From an uncultured bacterium (lineage in GTDB: Bacteria > Krumholzibacteriota > Krumholzibacteriia > LZORAL124-64-63), in the NCBI GenBank assembly GCA_963727525.1, contig CAVSGO010000007.1, positions 1,728,001-1,792,000 on the forward strand: 64,000 nt of DNA, in the 5' to 3' direction. Position numbers and translations under genes: made by a program. The notes beneath the pieces are model-generated. The model worked only from the letters and a program-made list of their open reading frames with translations, did not search any database and was not told the origin of the DNA. Positions 1-8,945 of the stretch are shown one piece after another. Each line of letters opens with the position of its first letter. Position 1 is the first letter of the stretch.

Positions 1-612
1 CTCACAGAAGAAGAACTGGCAGGGATGCACGTCGGCTCCCGTCAGGCTGATCGACGCCGCCGAACCGTTGCGCACGCACAGACCACCGCCATCGCCCACA
101 GCCACGTCGCTGACACAGCTGCTCGATGCGAACTGGAATGCGGTCGCCGTCGACGCGGCATCGATGAAAAAACCGCCACCGTCTCCTGTGGCCTGGCAAT
201 CCCTGATCGACGTGAACTCGCATGAACTCGGTTCGGTCGGCGCCGCAAGCGGATCGACCACGATGCGCAGACCACCGCCCTCATCGGCCGCACCATGGGC
301 GATCACCACGTAGGACAGGTGCAGCGGCGCGTCGCGCAGCTGCACATCAAGGATTCTCTGCGTGTCGTCGCCGACGATCTCGACGGGATTGGGCGGCAGG
401 CTCGAGCGGATCGTGACCCCGTGATCCACGTGCAGACCGGATTCGTTGTAGGTCCCCGCGTTGATGACGATGTCGTCACCAGCCACGGAGGCATCGAGCG
501 CCGCCTGGATCGTGGGATAGTCGCCAGGCACGATGAGATCCATGGCCGTCGTCGTGCCCGCGAACGCGACGCATACCAGGCATAGACCGAAAAGGCACCA
601 TCTCGAGAACAT
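1..612 (-). CDS. Secreted right-handed beta-helix (pectin-lyase-like) protein, truncated by window edge
   Basis: Not in ORF track. Manual translation from ATG at 612: MFSRWCLFGLCLVCVAFAGTTTA (signal peptide), then VPGDYPTIQAALDASVAGDDIVINAGTYNE and repeated GGG motifs. Open to position 1. Confidence 0.8.
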   Translation of the reverse strand, partial: MFSRWCLFGLCLVCVAFAGTTTAMDLIVPGDYPTIQAALDASVAGDDIVINAGTYNESGLHVDHGVTIRSSLPPNPVEIVGDDTQRILDVQLRDAPLHLSYVVIAHGAADEGGGLRIVVDPLAAPTEPSSCEFTSIRDCQATGDGGGFFIDAASTATAFQFASSSCVSDVAVGDGGGLCVRNGSAASISLTGADVHPCQFFFCE

Positions 613-673
613 ACTGCACCCCCGCGTTGCCATTGTTCACGAAAACGCGATACCTGTCGCGTCTTGACGCTCG

Positions 674-702
674 ATATTACCACTAAGCAGCCTTCCACTC
701 AA
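674..702 (-). promoter_or_regulatory. Sigma70-like promoter for the beta-helix gene
   Basis: TTGAGT-N17-TAATAT on minus strand. Confidence 0.55.
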
Positions 703-779
703 TGGTCGGTCCGCGTTGGCCGTCGCACATTGGTCGTCGCAAACTCGCATCTGGCGAGAGTCGGTTCCGCGTCTCCTCC

Positions 780-1685
780 TCACTCGGCGCCAGATCGCGC
801 CACAGGCGGCGGCAGCTTCGCGATGTTCCGTACGGCGGCGATCACCGCATCCGGCTGCTCCTCCTGGATGAAGTGCCCGGCGCCGACCACGTCGATGACG
901 CGGACGTCGCGCAGGCCGTGCGTGAGCACCGTGATCTCCTCGGGATCGAGCCCACCCTCGTGCTCGGCGGTGCCGCGCAGCACACGCACGGGAATCGTAA
1001 TCTCCCCCAGGTGCGGCGCGATGGCCGCAGGTTCGATCTGCTCGGACATGGCGAGGAAGGCGTTGAGGGTCGCGGCGAGATCGCGGCCCGGTCCGCGCAG
1101 GTACTGACGCACGGTAGCGCGGTCTATCCAGCTCGCGTCGCCGGAGCAGGCCTCGAGATCGTCCGCGTAGCGACGGCGCACGATCTCCGCGCCACCGACC
1201 GCGGTCACGAATTTCGCGATCTTCAGGCTGCTGCGCATGGTCGGTGTGGTCGCCGACTCCACCGCCCCACCCTCGATGGACACGATGCCCGCCACCAGGT
1301 CGGGCCTGGCGAGAGCCAGTCGCAGGGCCATGCCCGTGGCCACGCCCTGACTCACGACCACGACCGCGCGCAACCCCAGGGAATCGGCCACGGCCGCCAG
1401 GCGCGCCGTCTGCGCCGCCAGCGTGTAGTCGGCGTCACCCGGCCGGGCCGACTGCCCGATGCCCAGAGGTTCCACGGACACCGTGCGGCAGCCGTCATCG
1501 GCGAGACCCGCGATCACGCGGCGGTAGCTATAGGTGCACCCCGCGAGCCCCGGCACGAGCAGTGCGGTGGGCGTGTCGGGAGCGCCGGTCACCGTGACGG
1601 CGAGCGTCTCTCCTGGCGCCACCGGGACCATCACGGGATCGGCCATGGCGGCGAGGCCGACAAGGGCGAGAGTGGCGATTAGCAT
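780..1685 (-). CDS. Alpha/beta-hydrolase fold protein with signal peptide
   Basis: LLVPGLAG oxyanion region, EPLGIGQSARP, C-terminal GAGHFIQEEQP; GGAGG RBS before MLIATL. Confidence 0.8.
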   Translation of the reverse strand: MLIATLALVGLAAMADPVMVPVAPGETLAVTVTGAPDTPTALLVPGLAGCTYSYRRVIAGLADDGCRTVSVEPLGIGQSARPGDADYTLAAQTARLAAVADSLGLRAVVVVSQGVATGMALRLALARPDLVAGIVSIEGGAVESATTPTMRSSLKIAKFVTAVGGAEIVRRRYADDLEACSGDASWIDRATVRQYLRGPGRDLAATLNAFLAMSEQIEPAAIAPHLGEITIPVRVLRGTAEHEGGLDPEEITVLTHGLRDVRVIDVVGAGHFIQEEQPDAVIAAVRNIAKLPPPVARSGAE

Positions 1686-1929
1686 GGCGCCTCCAGTGAC
1701 CGAGACGGGGCCGCGACGGCGGCACCGACGATGCATCGCCGCACATGAGGCCATGATCAATTGCAGGTGACGATCGTGTCAATCCCCCTGCGGTGTAGAC
1801 AGCCACGCCGATAACGACGCTTGTCATTTGTACGAACCTGTGGGATACCCCGCCAGGAACGGTCCAGTTCCGGCCGGCGGTCGCCGCGCCCGTCGAACCG
1901 TTGACGAGAACATCGAAAGGAGCACAGTC

Positions 1930-3255
1930 GTGAATGCGAACTCGTTGCGCAGCCGCCCCCATCTCGGATGGGCGGCCTCGCTCGTGGCGTGCGTGGTCAT
2001 CGCGAGTACCGGTGTCGCCCACGCCCAGACAGGTGTCTACACGCTGGACGCCGCCACGGCTGCGGAGACGGGGCAGACCTACGCCGCCACGGCGACGGAT
2101 GAGTCGGCCATCTACGTCCTCAACCAGGCCAACCTCACTCTCACGGACTGCACGATGACGAAGACCGGTGATGCCTCCGACATCGCTCACAGCGACGAGT
2201 TCGGAGTCAACGCCGGCGTGCTGGCCGATTCGGGCGGATCCGTCGCCCTCGTGGGCGGCTCGGTGACGACGAACGCCGTCGGCGCCGGCGGCCTCTTCGC
2301 CTCCGGCGCCGGCTCGTCGATATCGATGGCGAATGGCACGCTGGAGACCAGCGGCATCAGTTCGCCCGGCGTGAGCGCCACCCACGAGGCCACGGCCACC
2401 CTCACGGACGTGGACGTGACCACACACGGCTCGAGCGCGACGGCGCTGGACTGCCACGACGCGAGCGGGCAGGTGAGCGTCACAGGCGGTACCATCATGG
2501 CCACCGCGGACGCTTCCCGCAGTCACGCATTCGGGATCTACTCGGCTGGCCTGGTCACCGTGACCGACGCCACCGTGTCGTCCGGCGGCGACTGCGGCGG
2601 CCTGATCGACGGCGCCGCCACCATCGCCCTGACGAACGCCAGCCTCACCGGAGCCCTGCACGGCATCAAGATCTGGAGTGCCGCCGCCACGGAAGACGAC
2701 GCGACTGTGACCATGGAGGCCGGTTCGCTCACGGCTCAGAACGGCGATGCCATCTTCGTGTCGGGCCAGGCCGGCAGCCCGGTCTCGGCAGCGATCACCC
2801 TGAGCGCGAGCGCGGCGATCACCGCCAGCACCGGCCGCATTATCCACGTCATGCAGGCCAGCAGCGCCAATGTCGTCGCTGATGCCGTATCGCTGACGGG
2901 CGACTTCGTCGCCGACGACACGAGCCAGCTCGATCTCACGCTGCAGTCCGGCACCACGCTATTTGGCGTGGTCTCGGGCGCGAGCCTGCACTTCGCCGAC
3001 ACCAGCCAGTGGACCGTCACCGACGAGTCGCACGTCGCCGTGTTCGAGGATGCGGGCGGCATCTCCGGCACCAGTGTCACCAACGTTACCGGCAACGGGA
3101 ACACGGTCTACTACGACGACAATCTCCCCGGAAACGCCGACCTCGGCGGCCTCACCTACGACCTCGTGAACGGCGGCACGCTCAGACCCGAGCAGGCGCA
3201 GCCGGTGGAATCCACCGACTGGGGCACCGTCAAGTCGCTCTTCGCGAACCCCTGA
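1930..3255 (+). CDS. Secreted beta-helix-like protein with short C-terminal WG motif
   Basis: AAGGAG RBS then GTG; signal peptide ending AHA; Gly/Thr/Ser-rich beta-solenoid-like repeats; ends PVESTDWGTVKSLFANP. Confidence 0.75.
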   Translation: MNANSLRSRPHLGWAASLVACVVIASTGVAHAQTGVYTLDAATAAETGQTYAATATDESAIYVLNQANLTLTDCTMTKTGDASDIAHSDEFGVNAGVLADSGGSVALVGGSVTTNAVGAGGLFASGAGSSISMANGTLETSGISSPGVSATHEATATLTDVDVTTHGSSATALDCHDASGQVSVTGGTIMATADASRSHAFGIYSAGLVTVTDATVSSGGDCGGLIDGAATIALTNASLTGALHGIKIWSAAATEDDATVTMEAGSLTAQNGDAIFVSGQAGSPVSAAITLSASAAITASTGRIIHVMQASSANVVADAVSLTGDFVADDTSQLDLTLQSGTTLFGVVSGASLHFADTSQWTVTDESHVAVFEDAGGISGTSVTNVTGNGNTVYYDDNLPGNADLGGLTYDLVNGGTLRPEQAQPVESTDWGTVKSLFANP

Positions 3256-3279
3256 CGCGCAATAACCGGCCGCCAACGC

Positions 3280-3307
3280 CGAAGGGCACCCTTGCGGGTG
3301 CCCTTCG
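3280..3307. terminator. Bidirectional hairpin terminator
   Basis: CGAAGGGCACCC-TTGC-GGGTGCCCTTCG, a 12-bp perfect stem between convergent genes. Confidence 0.75.
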
Positions 3308-3331
3308 TGTTGCCCGGTACCGGTTGTGCAC

Positions 3332-4918
3332 CTAGACGTCGAATTCCACGCCCTGGGCCAGGTGGACCTCGCCGCCCCAGTTCAGGGTGTTCGTCTGCCG
3401 CCGCATGTACATCTTCCAGCTATCACTGCCCGACTCGCGGCCGCCGCCGGTCTCCTTCTCGCCGCCGAAGGCGCCGCCGATCTCCGCGCCCGACGTGCCG
3501 ATGTTGACGTTGGCGATACCACAGTCGCTGCCGAGGTAGCTGAGGAAGCCCTCGGCCTCGGCGACGCTGTCGGTGAAGACTGCCGAGCTGAGACCCTGCG
3601 GCACGTCGTTGTGCATCGCCAGAGCCTGCTCGTACTTGCGGTACTTCATCACATAGACGATGGGCGCGAACGTCTCGGTCTGCACGATCGGCTGCTTGCC
3701 GTCGATCTCCACGATCGTCGGCAGCACGAAGGTGCGCCGGCCGAAGGGCGGCTCGAGCACCTTGCCGCCGAAAAGCACCTTGCCGCTCTGTTTCTTCACC
3801 GCGACGATGGCTGCCTCGTAGTCCTTCACCGCGCCCTCGTCGATCAGCGGGCCCATCAGCGTGTCCGGGTGCAGGGGGTCGCCGATATTCACCCTCTTGT
3901 AGAGGCCGATGAGCTTCTTCAGGTACGCGTCGTAGATCGACTCATGGATGATCAGGCGGCGCGTTGACGTGCAGCGCTGACCGGCCGTGCCCACGGCGCC
4001 GAAGAACGCACTCGCCAGAGCGCCCTTCATGTCGCACCTCTCGCTGATGATGATCGCATTGTTACCACCCAGCTCGAGGATGCTACGACCCAGCCGTTGA
4101 CCGACGATGCCACCGATGCGCTGGCCCATGCGCGTGGAACCGGTGGCCGAGATCAAGGGCACGCGATGGTCGGCGATGAGCTTCTCCCCCACGCTGGCGC
4201 CACGGCCGATGATCACGCTGCTGATGCCCTCGGGCAGACCGTTGGCTTTGAGCACGTCGTGCATGATGTTCTGGCAGGCGACGGCGCACAACGGCGTCTT
4301 GCTCGACGGCTTCCACACGGCCACATCGCCGCAGACCCAGGCCAGCGCGGTGTTCCAGGCCCAGACGGCCACGGGAAAATTGAACGCCGTCACCACGCCC
4401 ACCACGCCCAGCGGATGCCACTGCTCCATCATGCGGTGCTTCGGCCGCTCGCTCTGCAGCGTGGGGCCGCTGAGGGTGCGGCTCAGGCCCACAGCATAGT
4501 CGCAGATGTCGATCATCTCCTGCACCTCGCCCAGGCCCTCGGTGTGGATCTTGCCCATCTCCAGACTCACGAGGGCGCCGAGCGCGGCTTTCTTCGCTCG
4601 CAGGCGCTCGCCGAGCTGACGGACGATCTCGCCGCGCTTGGGCGCCGGGATCGCGCGCCACGCCACGAAAGCCTCGGTGGCCTTGGCCATGACCCTCTCG
4701 TAGTCGTCGTCGCCGGCCTGCTCGATCTTCGCCAGCAACTCGCCGGTGGTGGGGCTGTGCGACGCGATCCAGTCCTTGCTGGCGGCGAACCAGGCGCCGC
4801 CACAGCTCGCGCCGGGGAGCTTGGCACTCAGGCCCAGCTCCTTGAAGATCTTCGCCTTGGACATGACCGTCGCGGGTTTCTTCGTTGCGGTCTTCTTCGC
4901 CACCGTCTTCTTCGCCAT
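3332..4918 (-). CDS. Aldehyde dehydrogenase family 7 (alpha-aminoadipate semialdehyde / P6C dehydrogenase)
   Basis: GEVQEMIDICDYAVGLSR, TAFNFPVAVW, LELGGNNA, GTAGQRCT, GAEIGGAFGGEKETGGGRESGSDSWK (antiquitin-type); AAGGAG RBS. Confidence 0.92.
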   Translation of the reverse strand: MAKKTVAKKTATKKPATVMSKAKIFKELGLSAKLPGASCGGAWFAASKDWIASHSPTTGELLAKIEQAGDDDYERVMAKATEAFVAWRAIPAPKRGEIVRQLGERLRAKKAALGALVSLEMGKIHTEGLGEVQEMIDICDYAVGLSRTLSGPTLQSERPKHRMMEQWHPLGVVGVVTAFNFPVAVWAWNTALAWVCGDVAVWKPSSKTPLCAVACQNIMHDVLKANGLPEGISSVIIGRGASVGEKLIADHRVPLISATGSTRMGQRIGGIVGQRLGRSILELGGNNAIIISERCDMKGALASAFFGAVGTAGQRCTSTRRLIIHESIYDAYLKKLIGLYKRVNIGDPLHPDTLMGPLIDEGAVKDYEAAIVAVKKQSGKVLFGGKVLEPPFGRRTFVLPTIVEIDGKQPIVQTETFAPIVYVMKYRKYEQALAMHNDVPQGLSSAVFTDSVAEAEGFLSYLGSDCGIANVNIGTSGAEIGGAFGGEKETGGGRESGSDSWKMYMRRQTNTLNWGGEVHLAQGVEFDV

Positions 4919-4941
4919 CGTGTCCGCTCCTTTGTCACACG

Positions 4942-6258
4942 TCACAGGGTCCGAGATTCTTCCTCGCAGATGATATCGAGATCGGCCAGCCCGGCCAGGA
5001 CGGGACCGTAGAACTCCGGCGTTACCGGCCGCACCACGCCTCGCGCGGCGATTTGGCCGCGCAGGATGAGGTCGGCCCCCAGCGCCACCGGCAGCGACAC
5101 CGTGCGCGCCATGCTCGAGAACTCGGGCGTGCCGAAGTCCACGAGGCGCGACGTGATCTTTTCACGGTGACCGTCGGGGAAGTCGGCCAGGAAATGGTGC
5201 ACCATCACCAGCATGTCGCGCTCGCCGGGCTGGTAGCGCAGCTTCTCCAGCATGAGACGGCCGAGGGCGTCGAGTGGGCTTATACGGTCGGCGCCCACCG
5301 GGCGATCGGAGAAGTAACCCAGCCAGTGCAGGTTCCACGGCGGCAAGGCGTCGGCCGGCGTCTCCATGCGGCGCGCCGCCGCATGGCGCGGATCCTCGCC
5401 CTCCCGGAACCCGAGCAGCACGGCGGCGAGCTGCGCGTAGGTCATGCCGGCCGTGTCGACCGGCTCCAGCTCGAGCAGCCCCGCCTTGCGGAAACAATAC
5501 ATCGTGTCGCACCAGCCCATGTTGCGCAGCGTGGCGCGCAGCATCGTGCGGATGCCCTGCAGGCCGTATACGTCGATGTAGCTGAGCGAGTCACGATTGG
5601 GATACGCCTCGAAGTCGCCGGCGCCGGGCACGTGCAGCAGGTGCATGTCGCGGAACAGGCGCCCGGGCGCGATCTCCACGCGGTCGCCGTCCAGCAGGTA
5701 CTCGGCGCCATTGCGGCTGGCCATGAGTACGCCGCGTGGCGCCCACGAGAACTTGTAGCCGAAGGGATTGTCATTCGCGTCGGGTGCCGGCAAGCCGCCG
5801 CAATAGGACCGAAACTCGCGGATCGTGCCACCGCGTGCGCGCACATCGTCGATCACTCGCATGGCGCTCATGTGGTCGATGCCCGGATCCACGCCGATCT
5901 CGTTCAGGAACACGAGGTCGGCCGCGCGTGCCTCGGCATCGAGGGCCGCCATCGCTGGCGCAACGTAGCTCGCCGTCACCATGGGCTTGCGATGGCGCAG
6001 GCAGAGCCGCGCCACCTCGGGATGCAGCGTCGGCGGCAGCAGGCTCACCGCGAGGTCGCAGCCGGCGACGAGCTTCTCCACGGTCTCCTGATCGGAGAAG
6101 TCGAGTGCCAGCGGCGCGCCCTGCGGATGGTCGGCGATGAGGCGCACCGCGTCGTCCAGGTCGAGGCTGGTGACGGTGAGCGCGTAGCCCTGCGCCAGCA
6201 GGTAGCGTACCAGTGGGCCGGCCACCATGCCGGCCCCGAGCACGAGGATCCTTTGCAT
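4942..6258 (-). CDS. Saccharopine dehydrogenase (glutamate-forming)
   Basis: ILVLGAGMV Rossmann motif, EIGVDPGIDH, SYCGGLP, YKFSWAPRG, YPNRDSLSY, MARTVSLP. Confidence 0.92.
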   Translation of the reverse strand: MQRILVLGAGMVAGPLVRYLLAQGYALTVTSLDLDDAVRLIADHPQGAPLALDFSDQETVEKLVAGCDLAVSLLPPTLHPEVARLCLRHRKPMVTASYVAPAMAALDAEARAADLVFLNEIGVDPGIDHMSAMRVIDDVRARGGTIREFRSYCGGLPAPDANDNPFGYKFSWAPRGVLMASRNGAEYLLDGDRVEIAPGRLFRDMHLLHVPGAGDFEAYPNRDSLSYIDVYGLQGIRTMLRATLRNMGWCDTMYCFRKAGLLELEPVDTAGMTYAQLAAVLLGFREGEDPRHAAARRMETPADALPPWNLHWLGYFSDRPVGADRISPLDALGRLMLEKLRYQPGERDMLVMVHHFLADFPDGHREKITSRLVDFGTPEFSSMARTVSLPVALGADLILRGQIAARGVVRPVTPEFYGPVLAGLADLDIICEEESRTL

Positions 6259-6278
6259 GTCTCGCTCCCGCCCGGCGT

Positions 6279-7595
6279 TCAGACGCCCTGCCCGGCGTCC
6301 GCCAGGTGCTTCTCGAGGTAGCCGAATGCCGGCGTCAACTCGCCGCGATGGCAGATCACCGCGCGCTTGAGCGGCGTCGGCAGATCGAGGTGCGCGAAGT
6401 CGCGGTCGAAGTCGCAGGCCGCCAGCGCTGGTACGAAGCCGCGCAGCACGTGGCTGAACGACTCGGAACTCTCGCGCGGCAGCTCGCACGGCAGGTTGTC
6501 CACCGCCATGATCGACGGCCCATCGCCCGCCACGCCGTCGACCAGCGTGTCGGTGGCCGCCACCCAGGTGTAACACGGGTTGTCCGGCATCGTGGGGCGC
6601 ACCGTCAGTTCCACACCACCCTCGATATCGCAGCTGATGTCGCCGATCACCTGCACGCGCTCGCGGCGGCCCTGGCCATAGTGCTCGCGCACCCATTCGC
6701 GCGTGACGAGGCGCGGGTACTGCCCGTTCCAGTATGTCGCATTGATGAGCACGTCCAGGCGCGGCAAATCGTCGGCGAAGGTGCCGCGGTACCGCTCGGG
6801 ATGGCGGTAATACTCCTGCAGGTCGAACGCCGCCTGGCCGGCGGCCGGCACCACCATGTCCGACTCGCGATACGACACCACGACGATGGGCCCGGCGACC
6901 TCGCCCGCCGTCCGCAGCTCGGTGGGCGTCATCTCCGTGTGGGGCAGGCAGCCGAGGATCTCGCGGCAGCCCTGCGCCACGTGGCCATAACCAGCGATAC
7001 CCACCACCAGCGGCTCCGGCAGGCCGAGGCCCTCGCGCGAGATCGTGAGCGCGATCTGCCGCAGGTGCGCCTTGGCGTCGACGAGGTCGTCGTACTTGTA
7101 GGCGTGCTTGATCTCGTCGAGCGGGGTAGCGACGCCCTGCGCGTGCAGCCGCTGCGCCAGGCACCACAGCGTCTCGATCATGCCGGCGTAGCCCGCGTGC
7201 ACGCTGAAAAAAATCAGCCGCCGGCCCAGGTCGTCGGTGATCTTCTCGTAGTCGATGAGCGTGGCGCGAAGATCGAGGAGCCTGCGCAGCATGGGCATGT
7301 TGCGCTGCTGACCCTTGACGGTGTGCGAGAAGTACACGTACGCGCGATTCTCGCGCAGCAGAGCGGTCGGGATCTCCTTCACCGCGAGCACGACGTCGGT
7401 GTCGGGCATGTCATCGTCGAGCGCGCAGCCCGCCGACTCGAACTCGTCGTCGAGGAAAACGCGGTTCGCCGAAGTCTGCACCGTGATCGCCACGCCCTGG
7501 TCGCGCACGAGCGCCGCGGCGTCGGACGGGATCAGCGGCACCCGCCGTTCCCACATGTTCTTGTCTTCTCGACGGATACCCACGGACGCCGCCAT
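6279..7595 (-). CDS. Lysine-ketoglutarate reductase (AlaDh/PNT fold)
   Basis: GIRREDKNMWERRVPL, VKEIP, FSHTVKGQ, LIDYE, GDISCD, MAVDNLPCELP; adjacent to SDH. Confidence 0.9.
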   Translation of the reverse strand: MAASVGIRREDKNMWERRVPLIPSDAAALVRDQGVAITVQTSANRVFLDDEFESAGCALDDDMPDTDVVLAVKEIPTALLRENRAYVYFSHTVKGQQRNMPMLRRLLDLRATLIDYEKITDDLGRRLIFFSVHAGYAGMIETLWCLAQRLHAQGVATPLDEIKHAYKYDDLVDAKAHLRQIALTISREGLGLPEPLVVGIAGYGHVAQGCREILGCLPHTEMTPTELRTAGEVAGPIVVVSYRESDMVVPAAGQAAFDLQEYYRHPERYRGTFADDLPRLDVLINATYWNGQYPRLVTREWVREHYGQGRRERVQVIGDISCDIEGGVELTVRPTMPDNPCYTWVAATDTLVDGVAGDGPSIMAVDNLPCELPRESSESFSHVLRGFVPALAACDFDRDFAHLDLPTPLKRAVICHRGELTPAFGYLEKHLADAGQGV

Positions 7596-7708
7596 GCTGT
7601 CACCTCCCGGATGAGCGCTCGCAGATGCGGGCGAAGCCCCGCAAAGCTAGGCCGCGGAAAGAGGGAAAGCAAGCGTAGTGACAAGTGCGCAACCGACCGC
7701 AAGCGACA

Positions 7709-8278
7709 TTATGACAGCGCGTTCACGTACCTGGCGATGATCAAATAGACCACGGGAATCACCAGCCCGATCGCCAGCAGTACGCCGCCGCGCCCAGCCA
7801 ACCCCTTGCGCCCCTTCACGAGCAGGATCCCCGTGAGGGCGAGCAGCGCCAGAATCACAGCGAATGCATCGGCGATCCAGGTCCACAGCCCCTTGCCGTG
7901 GTTCAGGTGCAGGAAGTTGACGTCGTGCAGCAGGGGCCGCGGCGCAAGCAGCGTGGCATCCACCTGGCCCGTCGCGAGATCGACATCGTAGGCGCCACTA
8001 TCCACGATCACTCGCAACTGCCCGGGTGATGCGCGCCACACGTTCTTCACCGCCTCGGTGAGCGGAAGCTGCGCGATCACGCGCGTCGCGACCTCGTCGG
8101 TAGGCCCCAGCTCCACGGGTGTAATGGTGAAGTGCACCCGCGTCTGCTCGTAGCTGGGATTGAAGTCGGCTACATGGTTCACGGCCACACCGCTGATCGC
8201 GTAGATCAGCGTGAGCCCCACGACCAGGAACCCCATCTCGCGGTGCAGCCAGCGGCAGATCTTGCGCAATCTGGTCAT
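7709..8278 (-). CDS. PepSY-associated TM helix domain protein
   Basis: RWLHREMG...YAISGVAVNH and NFLHLNHGKG-WTWIAD with TM helices. Confidence 0.8.
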   Translation of the reverse strand: MTRLRKICRWLHREMGFLVVGLTLIYAISGVAVNHVADFNPSYEQTRVHFTITPVELGPTDEVATRVIAQLPLTEAVKNVWRASPGQLRVIVDSGAYDVDLATGQVDATLLAPRPLLHDVNFLHLNHGKGLWTWIADAFAVILALLALTGILLVKGRKGLAGRGGVLLAIGLVIPVVYLIIARYVNALS

Positions 8279-8353
8279 ACGTCATTCCCGGCGCATTGAA
8301 CACGACGGGCCCGACCGCCAGGCAGCCGGACCCGTCCCGAGTGAAGACACGAG

Positions 8354-8836
8354 CTAGCTCTGCTTTTGCCGCACGACGGCACCCGTACCCGCGATCTGAT
8401 AGAAGGTGACGCCCTCGGGCGGCACGGCGGCCTTGTCGAACGTCTCGTTCTGACACTTGGCCTCACCCTCGAGATACGCGCATGACTGCTCATAGGACAT
8501 CGGCGTGCCCGTCAAGGTCCCCTCCACGATGACATGCTCCCCGATGATCTCCGGCGGAAAGACGATAACCCCATCTTCCACCTTCAGCATGATTTTCTGG
8601 TACTCCTGATCCGACGCGATCTGGATCCAACATCCCCGCGCCTTGCACACCCCAACGACCGTCCCCTCCACCCGCACCACCTTGTCCAGGTACTGGTCCG
8701 GATGCGCGAGAATCGTGCTCACAAGCGTCGTATCGGTGCTGGATACACCCTTCCCATAAACCTTCTCCGCCGCCTGGGCAAACCCCGCCGCGCCCACCGC
8801 GGCCGCCAGGGCGAGAATCAGCATCATCCGGCGCAT
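8354..8836 (-). CDS. DUF4920-like OB-fold secreted protein
   Basis: Signal peptide; VRVEGTVVGVCKARGCW motif. Confidence 0.7.
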   Translation of the reverse strand: MRRMMLILALAAAVGAAGFAQAAEKVYGKGVSSTDTTLVSTILAHPDQYLDKVVRVEGTVVGVCKARGCWIQIASDQEYQKIMLKVEDGVIVFPPEIIGEHVIVEGTLTGTPMSYEQSCAYLEGEAKCQNETFDKAAVPPEGVTFYQIAGTGAVVRQKQS

Positions 8837-8945
8837 ACCAACCACCTTGTTTCAAGACATGGCGAAACGAAAACCTATCCCCAAACTGGCCCTCGGACGT
8901 CCAGAAATCAAGTCGGGGCGACACAGCCGGCGCAAGCGATGAGTT

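Noticed and set aside
6259-7167. 741-aa ORF suggesting a fused LKR-SDH or an extended SDH
   Set aside because: The extension is an alternative frame over the LKR gene. LKR has its own stop (6279) and SDH its own RBS and ATG (6258).
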